Shown one piece after another: positions 1-7,126 of a stretch of 64,000 bases of DNA. The stretch spans positions 3,544-67,543 of the forward strand of contig JAFWMR010000003.1 of assembly GCA_017513905.1 (NCBI GenBank), given 5' to 3'. Both the position numbers and the translations under genes were made by a program. The stretch is from Candidatus Saccharimonadota bacterium (GTDB lineage Bacteria > Patescibacteriota > Saccharimonadia > Saccharimonadales > Saccharimonadaceae). Under the pieces are notes generated by a model, which ran no database searches, was not told the origin of the DNA, and was given only the letters and a program-made list of their open reading frames with translations. The number at the start of each line of letters is the position of its first letter. Positions within the stretch are counted from its first letter, which is position 1.

Positions 1-1
1 A

Positions 2-1813
2 CATATCGAAAAATTATCTGGAGAAGAACGGGCCGAGTACGAAGCAGAAATCCTTAAGGAATGGGACGAAACAATCGAAAGACGAAAAAAATACTCGTCG
101 AGACCAATGGAATACCCCGAGCTCTCCGAAAAAAGAAAACGCGAATCTGCTCTTCTTTGGGACTATTCTAGCCGTTCAGTCGAACCACTCTCGCTTATGG
201 AAATAAGCGACGAAAGAGAGTCCCAGATTTATGATTTCGTAGAAAACCATCTCCTTGACGAACTTTTGCTTGCTACCGCCGATGTTCCAGTAGATTATCC
301 CCAAAAAAGCCCACTATACCTTCTACTAAGCCAAATCGTTAGAGATTCAATCACGCACTATAATCCAGCAGGCCACTTCGACGGAAAGCTCGTCAAGACT
401 CTCAGAGATGGTCTTCAAGAATATTGCGACTTTGCTTTAGGAAAGAAAGAGCCAAAAAACGGAGAGGATCTTGCGCTCGAAACTTCTCTGCGAAGCGTTA
501 TCAAAGTCGCTTCTCGAAAAAGTACCAATCCCGACCTCCTTCCAGCCTACATAAAAGAAAGCGTCACTCTCCATACCGAGTACAAAAAAGTCAACACTAC
601 CGAAATGTGGGGCTCTCACGAAAGACGAGTCGCTGTAGACAAAATGGCTATGTTTCGTGGTTACTGCGAAGCTCATGGCCTAGACGAGGAGCGACTCAAG
701 GGTTTCCGTGAGAGTCTCTTCCCACAACTAGAAGACATAGATAGCCCAATCCGTCAAGCTCTCAATGTCGACAGAAATTATGGTTCATCCGAGCACGATT
801 TTGGCTCCACCGATTTCATCATCCACGCCCTAGTGCAAAAAGTCTCTCCTCGTGCAACCGCCGAACTCATCGCCATTTCAAGAGAACTTCCAACCACCGA
901 CATTCATTGTCTCTCCGTGAATCGTCAAGACGCTCTTTCTCTCAGCGGTACACTTTGGCGAAGTCGTGACTTTGTTCATAACGAACGCCCGGGGCTCCAC
1001 GAACTTTTCTCCGCAATGGTCGACTATTACGATACTAAAGACAATCCAGAGGCACATGAATCCACCGAGTTACGCCTTCGCTCAATCATCAAAGACCGAG
1101 AAAATCCCGAGAGCGGCTATGAATACGATGGCTTCGACGGAGAAATGGCGCTGTCCCTAGAAAACTATGACAAAATGGCCACTGCTTCCTACAGTGGCGT
1201 CTCCGAACCGGCAATCGACATTCTTCGTCGCATGAAAGAAAACACCGAACCAATCCTTTTAACTCCTCCAAAAGTCGAAGACGCCAAGCTCCAAGAATTC
1301 CTTGATTCAATCGCTCCCACCCAAAACGAAACCACTGGAGAAGTCATCGTTGATTTCAAAAAAGTCACTGATCTTATCGCCTATCTGAACAGTATTTTGG
1401 AATCAAAGCAAGGAAAATACGGGTTAGAACCGTCTCTTATTTCCACCCTAAACTACGCCGAGCGCATGGCAACCTTCGCAATCCGCGGTATCGACAAAAA
1501 AGACTACCAAGAACTCGGTTTTGATCCAGGACTAAAAGAGCTTGTCAAATTCAACGAACTCACTTGCTCCAACAAGCCCTTCGACGCCACCGAGTTTGAG
1601 CAATTCTGGAGCTCTTTCACTCGAGAATTTGGCAAAGATTGGAGCGAAGACGCCGATGTTGCCGAACGCTACCGCAAGCTCTCAACTCGCGTCATTGGAC
1701 ATGTCCAAGATCTAGCCGAAAGTTTCCGTAAGGCAGGGATGCCATCTCGCCGCATCGACGGACTTTGGTCTGGCAATCTCACTCGCGAACTCATCGCTCT
1801 CTCATCCAAATAA
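2..1813 (+). CDS. hypothetical protein, probably 5'-truncated by the window edge (first in-window ATG at 107)
   Basis: 568-aa ORF from 107. The same frame has no stop back to nt 2. I recognise no motif. It ends at a palindromic terminator. Confidence 0.6.
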   Translation, partial: HIEKLSGEERAEYEAEILKEWDETIERRKKYSSRPMEYPELSEKRKRESALLWDYSSRSVEPLSLMEISDERESQIYDFVENHLLDELLLATADVPVDYPQKSPLYLLLSQIVRDSITHYNPAGHFDGKLVKTLRDGLQEYCDFALGKKEPKNGEDLALETSLRSVIKVASRKSTNPDLLPAYIKESVTLHTEYKKVNTTEMWGSHERRVAVDKMAMFRGYCEAHGLDEERLKGFRESLFPQLEDIDSPIRQALNVDRNYGSSEHDFGSTDFIIHALVQKVSPRATAELIAISRELPTTDIHCLSVNRQDALSLSGTLWRSRDFVHNERPGLHELFSAMVDYYDTKDNPEAHESTELRLRSIIKDRENPESGYEYDGFDGEMALSLENYDKMATASYSGVSEPAIDILRRMKENTEPILLTPPKVEDAKLQEFLDSIAPTQNETTGEVIVDFKKVTDLIAYLNSILESKQGKYGLEPSLISTLNYAERMATFAIRGIDKKDYQELGFDPGLKELVKFNELTCSNKPFDATEFEQFWSSFTREFGKDWSEDADVAERYRKLSTRVIGHVQDLAESFRKAGMPSRRIDGLWSGNLTRELIALSSK

Positions 1814-1838
1814 AAAATACTCCCATATAAACCAAGAC

Positions 1839-1868
1839 AAAAAATATCCCCCGCGGGGGATATTTTTT
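1839..1868. terminator. bidirectional rho-independent terminator between convergent genes
   Basis: Perfect palindrome ATATCCCCCG/CGGGGGATAT, flanked by an A-run on one side and a T-run on the other. Confidence 0.8.
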
Positions 1869-1873
1869 GCAAC

Positions 1874-2515
1874 TTATTTAGTTGCGTTCTTCCATGCCTT
1901 TTTTGCTTCACTGGCTAAATTCTTAGCAGCTTCTTTTGCGTCTTTAGCAATGCTATCAAGCTCTTTCTTCGCTTTAAGCTCTGGATGCGCCTCAGCATAT
2001 CGTTCAATCGAAGCAGCGATAACTTTCTTCGCTTCTTCAATACCGGCGAATTCTTTCACTTCGGTCGAGCCCGGCTTCTTGAGATCCTTATAATGATTGA
2101 AGTGGAAACGGATTTGTTCAATCAGCTGCTTTGGCAAATCCTCAAACGTCTGATATTTATCGCCATTATTACGATCATCTTCAGGAACAGCAATAATCTT
2201 ATCGTCAACCTCACCACCATCAACAAACTTCATCACGCCAAGAATGCGGGCTTTTAGCCAAATACCAGTCGTGAGTGGCTGGTCGGTGATCATGAGCACA
2301 TCAAGCTCGTCGCCATCTTCATCAATCGTACGTGGAATGAATCCATAGTTACATGGTTTTGCGAAAGCAATTGGCTCCACACGATCAAGCATAAAGCAAG
2401 CATGTTCTCTATCCCACTCAATCTTGTGGTTGCTGCCAGTTGGAATTTCAATTACAACGTTAAGCTCACCATTTTTATAATCCCCCGGTTCTAAGACTTT
2501 GTTAAAATCAGCCAT
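1874..2515 (-). CDS. ppa: family I soluble inorganic pyrophosphatase with a Lys/Ala-rich C-terminal extension
   Basis: Sequence LNVVIEIPTGSNHKIEWD...DGDELDVLMI is typical of PPase. The ATG at 2515 is preceded by AAGGAG. The 20 codons upstream in the ORF track lack an SD and look spurious. Confidence 0.9.
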   Translation of the reverse strand: MADFNKVLEPGDYKNGELNVVIEIPTGSNHKIEWDREHACFMLDRVEPIAFAKPCNYGFIPRTIDEDGDELDVLMITDQPLTTGIWLKARILGVMKFVDGGEVDDKIIAVPEDDRNNGDKYQTFEDLPKQLIEQIRFHFNHYKDLKKPGSTEVKEFAGIEEAKKVIAASIERYAEAHPELKAKKELDSIAKDAKEAAKNLASEAKKAWKNATK

Positions 2516-2589
2516 AAAAACTCCTTTTAGTATGCACCAATTATAGCACAATAATACAATAGCATAGCCCCACATGTTATAATAAGCTT

Positions 2590-4017
2590 ATGATAAACGA
2601 AGCATCTTCTGCGCCAAAGGTAAAAAATACCGATGCGCCAACTAAGCCAATCAAAAAAACACCGCCGGCTGAAGAAATTCGGCCATCACAAAACACAGCA
2701 AACACAGAAGCCGAACCAACTAATAAAGGCATCAGTCCAGCTATCATTGTCCTCATTGTGATATTATCTGCTGCGCTTCTCGCTGGACTCGTTTTTGGTA
2801 TCGCAGCACTCTTTAAAAGCAATCGACCGTATCATATCGAAAGATTCCGAGAGCAAACGTACTATATTATAGATAGAGATTACGACGGCGAATACGATTT
2901 ACAGTATAAGTTGTTTGATGACGACGATCTATATACCTACTATTTTTCCTCAGACAAAGAGCAACCTCTGATCGAACGGGACGAAGAATTAGAAGAAGAA
3001 CCACAATACAACAATTGCGACGCATATCCAGAAGGTGAAGAAAGAGATAACTGTATTACTTTAAGCCCCGATGATGACGATGATGACGATGATTACTACG
3101 ATGATGACTATTATTACGACTATCCAGACGTCTCCGAAATTGTCGATTACGATACTTACGAAGAATACTGCGCCAGATGGGGCTATAATCAGAAATACAC
3201 CGATCCAACCAAGCGATACGCTCTTTTTTCGTACATTTCATACGGCTCCCCAACAATCCAAGCGCGTCTTTCGCACGTCTCATTCGACGACGATACTATC
3301 ACCCTCTACGTGTGGGATAACACCAACGGAGTTACGGCTGATAATGTCGGTTACCTAATTGTAGTTCCATTCGACAATAGAGAAATAATCGACCTCGCAA
3401 CAGTTGGCCTCTTTACACAAGAAGAATTCAATCAGGTTAAGCAAGGTAGAATCATTGATTATCCTGTCGCCGAAAAACCGATAGTCTACCTGTATCCACA
3501 AGAAGAAATCGAAGTTTCCGTTGAGCTCGGCCAATCCGACCTGCTTACGGTCTCTTATCCAAAATACAACAACGGGTGGAATGTTATAGCAAAGCCAAAC
3601 GGCACACTTATCGATTTAAATACCAATCGTGAACTCTACTCACTTTATTACGAAAGTAAGACCATAGAAAAACCAGAGCTCACTGAAGGGTTTGTCGTTA
3701 AAGGCGAAGATTCGGCCAAGTTCCTCGAAGAAAAGCTCGAAACCCTCGGGCTTACTGAGCGCGAAGCTGAAGAATTTATCGTCTACTGGCTGCCAAAACT
3801 AGAAGCAAACAACTATAACTTAATTCGTTTTGAAACAGCTGAAGAAATCACCAAGAATATGCCGCTCAACATCTCTCCGGCACCAGATACGGTTATCCGC
3901 GTAATTATGGACTTCAAAGCTCTAGATGAAGAGATAGAAATCAAAGAGCAGGTCTTAAAAGCTTCAATTCGTACCGGGTTTACCGTGGTTGAATGGGGTG
4001 GCTCAGAGCTAAAATAA
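2590..4017 (+). CDS. membrane-anchored hypothetical protein with an Asp/Tyr-rich acidic tract and a conserved-looking C-terminal domain
   Basis: Low-complexity N-terminus, one TM segment (ISPAIIVLIVILSAALLAGLVFGIAALF) and a D8 run. The C-terminal domain ends in FTVVEWGG. The family is unknown to me. Confidence 0.7.
   Translation: MINEASSAPKVKNTDAPTKPIKKTPPAEEIRPSQNTANTEAEPTNKGISPAIIVLIVILSAALLAGLVFGIAALFKSNRPYHIERFREQTYYIIDRDYDGEYDLQYKLFDDDDLYTYYFSSDKEQPLIERDEELEEEPQYNNCDAYPEGEERDNCITLSPDDDDDDDDYYDDDYYYDYPDVSEIVDYDTYEEYCARWGYNQKYTDPTKRYALFSYISYGSPTIQARLSHVSFDDDTITLYVWDNTNGVTADNVGYLIVVPFDNREIIDLATVGLFTQEEFNQVKQGRIIDYPVAEKPIVYLYPQEEIEVSVELGQSDLLTVSYPKYNNGWNVIAKPNGTLIDLNTNRELYSLYYESKTIEKPELTEGFVVKGEDSAKFLEEKLETLGLTEREAEEFIVYWLPKLEANNYNLIRFETAEEITKNMPLNISPAPDTVIRVIMDFKALDEEIEIKEQVLKASIRTGFTVVEWGGSELK
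3070..3093 (+). repeat. GAT/GAC trinucleotide run encoding poly-Asp
   Basis: gatgatgacgatgatgacgatgat lies inside the 2590..4017 CDS. Confidence 0.8.
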
Positions 4018-4044
4018 TAAAATATTCTGAACAAATAATTTATA

Positions 4045-4074
4045 CAGATAGCCAACACTTGGCTATCTGTTTTT
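4045..4074. terminator. rho-independent terminator (11-bp stem) between convergent genes
   Basis: CAGATAGCCAA-cac-TTGGCTATCTG followed by TTTTT. Confidence 0.8.
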
Positions 4075-5260
4075 ATATAGTACTCTTAAATATTTTTTCG
4101 TCTTTAATCTCGTCGGGCAAATAATTTTTATCAAGATGAAAACCAGATTCCCATTTTTGCCCCTCACCAAACCCCAACTCCTTCATCAACTTCGTCGGTG
4201 CGTTTCTGAGCCACGTCGGCACAGGTAGCCCCATCGACTTCTTCGCGAGATCTTGCGCAGCATACCATGCATCGGCCGAGTCTCGATTCTTTTTTGACTT
4301 AGATAAAGCAATACATGCGTGTGCAAGAATCAAACCCGATTCGGGCATGCCAACTCGTTCTACGGCCTGAAAACACGCCGTAGCAAGACTGAGCGCGCCA
4401 TTCCCGGCTAACCCGATATCTTCCGAAGCAAAAATTACCATGCGTCTCGCAATAAACTTCGGATCTTCGCCAGCCTCTACCATCCTAGCGAGATAATACA
4501 ATGCTGCATCCGTATCACTTCCACGCATCGATTTAATAAATGCAGAGATGTTGTCATAGTGAGCATCACCTTTTTTATCGTAACCAGGGACCTTTTTCCC
4601 AGCCGCAACCTTCACGGTTTCAACATCAATCTTATCCCTCGCAAGGCTCATCGCAAGTTCGAGATCCCCCAGTGCACTTCTAGCGTCCCCACCGGATAAC
4701 TCTGCAAGGTAATCGATAGCATCCTTCGTCAGCTTCTTTTCGATTCCTTCCATCTTGGCGGCTCGCTTTATTACCTTTTTAATCGCATCTTTACTAAGTG
4801 GGGAAACAACCACCACCCTACTACGCGACAAAAGTGGCGCAATTACCTCAAAGCTCGGGTTTTCCGTCGTCGCACCAATCAAAATAATCAATCCCGATTC
4901 AACATGTGGCAAAAACGCATCTTGTTGCGCTTTATTAAATCTATGTATTTCATCTACAAATAACACCGTACGTGTCTTAAGATTCCAGTTCACTTTCGCA
5001 CGTTCGACTACGGCCTCAATATCTTTCTTACCTGAAGTAACCGCAGATATCTCCACGAAATCCGCATTATATTCTTTGGCGAGAATCTTTGCCATTGTAG
5101 TCTTGCCTGTCCCTGGCGGCCCCCAAAAAATCAGGTTCACCGGCTCGCCCTTCTTCACAATCTCTGTCAAAATCTTCCCAGGACCAATAATCTCGTCCTG
5201 CCCAATCACATCTGCGAGTTTCTCCGGTCTCATCCTCTCCGCTAACGGCACTCTGTTCAT
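4073..5260 (-). CDS. rarA: replication-associated recombination protein A (AAA+ ATPase)
   Basis: Walker A GPPGTGKTT, the motif VLFVDEIHRFNK, and a MgsA-type C-terminal domain. Confidence 0.9.
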   Translation of the reverse strand: MNRVPLAERMRPEKLADVIGQDEIIGPGKILTEIVKKGEPVNLIFWGPPGTGKTTMAKILAKEYNADFVEISAVTSGKKDIEAVVERAKVNWNLKTRTVLFVDEIHRFNKAQQDAFLPHVESGLIILIGATTENPSFEVIAPLLSRSRVVVVSPLSKDAIKKVIKRAAKMEGIEKKLTKDAIDYLAELSGGDARSALGDLELAMSLARDKIDVETVKVAAGKKVPGYDKKGDAHYDNISAFIKSMRGSDTDAALYYLARMVEAGEDPKFIARRMVIFASEDIGLAGNGALSLATACFQAVERVGMPESGLILAHACIALSKSKKNRDSADAWYAAQDLAKKSMGLPVPTWLRNAPTKLMKELGFGEGQKWESGFHLDKNYLPDEIKDEKIFKSTI

Positions 5261-5304
5261 ACCTCTATATTATAACACAGGTGTTTTTATGCTATAATTT
5301 CCCC

Positions 5305-5826
5305 ATGAAACTAATAGTCGCTTTTGGTAACCCAGGCTCCGAATACAATTTTACCCGCCACAACTACGGCTTCTTGGCGATAGATTTTTATTTCAAAATT
5401 AACAATCTAGAGTGGGAAACTCATGAGAAATTTAACTCAATCTGGAAGAAGCAAGACAACACAATCTTTATCAAGCCTCAAACATACTATAACGACATCG
5501 GAACCGCCGTCCGCACCTTCATGGATTTCTATAAAATCTCACCAGAAGATATCCTAATAGTCTGCGATGATTTCAATCTGCCTTTTGGCGAAGTGCGCGA
5601 ACGTGCTCATGGCTCCGCGGGCGGGAATAATGGTCTTAAATCCGTCATTTCTCATTTAGGCACTGAAAATTTTCCCCGCATTCGTCTCGGAACAGGAAAT
5701 AACACGCTCCGCGAAAAAATCGGTGATACTGATTTTGTACTTTCAAAATTTACAGATAGCGAAAAGAAGCAACTCCCAAAAATTCTTCTATCCGTCTCAG
5801 AGATAATCAAAACAAAGATCAACTAA
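5305..5826 (+). CDS. pth: peptidyl-tRNA hydrolase
   Basis: MKLIVAFGNPGSEYNFTRHNYGF is a Pth signature. TGcTATAAT (5290-5298) lies 6 nt upstream of the ATG at 5305. Confidence 0.9.
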   Translation: MKLIVAFGNPGSEYNFTRHNYGFLAIDFYFKINNLEWETHEKFNSIWKKQDNTIFIKPQTYYNDIGTAVRTFMDFYKISPEDILIVCDDFNLPFGEVRERAHGSAGGNNGLKSVISHLGTENFPRIRLGTGNNTLREKIGDTDFVLSKFTDSEKKQLPKILLSVSEIIKTKIN

Positions 5827-5835
5827 TTCAGATAC

Positions 5836-5896
5836 AAAAAAGCTCCACGGTGTAGGATAGGTAAGGGTGGGCATCACCTATCCTACACTGTAGAGC
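5836..5896 (-). terminator. strong rho-independent terminator of the candidate ncRNA
   Basis: On the minus strand: GCTCTACAGTGTAGGATAGGT, a 13-nt loop, ACCTATCCTACACCGTGGAGC, then TTTTTT. Confidence 0.8.
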
Positions 5897-6168
5897 CTTC
5901 TTGACACCCCACAACGCTTCTATTTGATACCGGGGAAGCCCCGGAAGCGCGACCCACCTCACACAAAATTGGGGCCCGCCGGTTATGGGGGTTGCTATGC
6001 CTTCGAATACCTCTCAAAGTGGAGGTAATACTTATAAGACTTAAAACCATTGAAGAAGAAATTAAAAGTCCGAGGGGTTTCAAAAGCACGCAACGTCTGT
6101 TACACTAAGTGTGCAACATCTGTTATAGTTTATTTAGGTACAGTTTAGAGCCTTAAAAGCTCTAACTT
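5836..6168 (-). ncRNA. candidate structured non-coding RNA of unknown class (about 330 nt)
   Basis: Bounded by a near-consensus promoter and a 21-bp-stem terminator on the minus strand. GC-rich nested helices sit in an AT-rich genome. The only ORF (GTG-started, 68 aa) has no SD. Confidence 0.55.
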
Positions 6169-6174
6169 GGATTC

Positions 6175-6203
6175 ATTATACCACAGTAGTTTATAAAAGT
6201 CAA
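6175..6203 (-). promoter_or_regulatory. near-consensus sigma70-type promoter driving the candidate ncRNA
   Basis: On the minus strand: TTGACT, a 17-nt spacer ending in TGg, then TATAAT. The predicted TSS is near 6168. Confidence 0.7.
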
Positions 6204-6222
6204 TACTATTTTCACATTTTTT

Positions 6223-7104
6223 ATGAAAATCAACGAAATACGACCCCAAGACAACGATTATTTACAGATATTAAATTCCATTGCGCTTACGCCTAAATTA
6301 TTGTATTACTATGGAAATTGGCCAGAAAAGCGCATCAAAACCGTTGCTATTGTAGGCGCTCGTAAAAATACTAAATATGGAGAAGAAATCGCTTATAAAT
6401 TAGCCAAGACCTTAGGAGAAAGGGGAATTATCGTCATTTCTGGCCTTGCATACGGCATTGACTCTATTGCGGCCCGTGGCTGTCTAGACGGCGGCGGTAA
6501 GACAATAGCTATATTAGGTACAGAAATCGAACGAATCTACCCTCGCGAGCATATACCACTTGCTAGCAGAATCGTTGAAAATGGTGGCGTAGTCGCTAGT
6601 GAATACCACCTTGGCGATGATCTCGGCAAACATCGTGCTAGTTTTTTATTCCGCAACCGTATCATCTCCGCACTAGCTGATGCCGTAGTGGTTATTGAAG
6701 CGCGGGAAAGATCCGGTTCTCTTAATACTGCCGCCCATGCAATCGAACAGGGGAAAGACCTCTTTGCCGTGCCAGGAGACATTAATCGGCAAACCAGTCA
6801 AGGCTGTAATCGCCTCATTATGAGCGGAGCAAATCCCTTCCTAGGCATCGAGGATTTTCTTAAAACGATTCTTCCAAATAATAAAACGCGCTCCAAAAAA
6901 GCCCAAGAAGCTCAAATCTCGCTCTTTGCCAGCAACAATGACGAGCGCGCCATTATGCAACTTTTATCTGAAGATATCCGCGACGGAGACATCATAATGG
7001 AGCAACTTGGCATGGACGTCTCGACCTTCAACCAAACGGTTACCACGCTAGAAATAAAAGGAGCGATTCGCTCACTGGGCGCCAATTATTGGACTTTAGC
7101 TTGA
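6223..7104 (+). CDS. dprA: DNA processing protein DprA (Smf)
   Basis: DprA Rossmann core: VAIVGARK...GLAYGIDSIAARG...FLFRNRIISALADAVVVIEA..SGSLNTA. Confidence 0.9.
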   Translation: MKINEIRPQDNDYLQILNSIALTPKLLYYYGNWPEKRIKTVAIVGARKNTKYGEEIAYKLAKTLGERGIIVISGLAYGIDSIAARGCLDGGGKTIAILGTEIERIYPREHIPLASRIVENGGVVASEYHLGDDLGKHRASFLFRNRIISALADAVVVIEARERSGSLNTAAHAIEQGKDLFAVPGDINRQTSQGCNRLIMSGANPFLGIEDFLKTILPNNKTRSKKAQEAQISLFASNNDERAIMQLLSEDIRDGDIIMEQLGMDVSTFNQTVTTLEIKGAIRSLGANYWTLA

Positions 7105-7126
7105 CAAGTATGTTAATATAATAGTT

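Noticed and set aside
4755-5297. Long antisense ORFs inside well-supported genes. Examples: 424..711, 4755..5297, 17951..18436, 19921..20355, 24679..25104, 32982..33416, 47924..48394, 50196..50705, 51386..51922 and 59087..59698
   Set aside because: Each lies wholly opposite a CDS with strong family motifs. They have biased, low-complexity translations and lack start signals.
6050-6085. RNase P P4-like string (gaagaaattAAAAGTCCGagg) on the plus strand
   Set aside because: It is in the wrong orientation relative to the promoter and terminator. A plus-strand RNase P RNA would have to run into the well-supported dprA CDS. I also could not find the other conserved RNase P blocks (GGTAA.CC, ACAGAA..GGCTTA).
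5883-6089. 68-aa ORF on the minus strand inside the candidate ncRNA
   Set aside because: It has a GTG start, no SD and an odd composition, and it lies across GC-rich helices and the terminator stem. This fits a structured RNA better than a protein.
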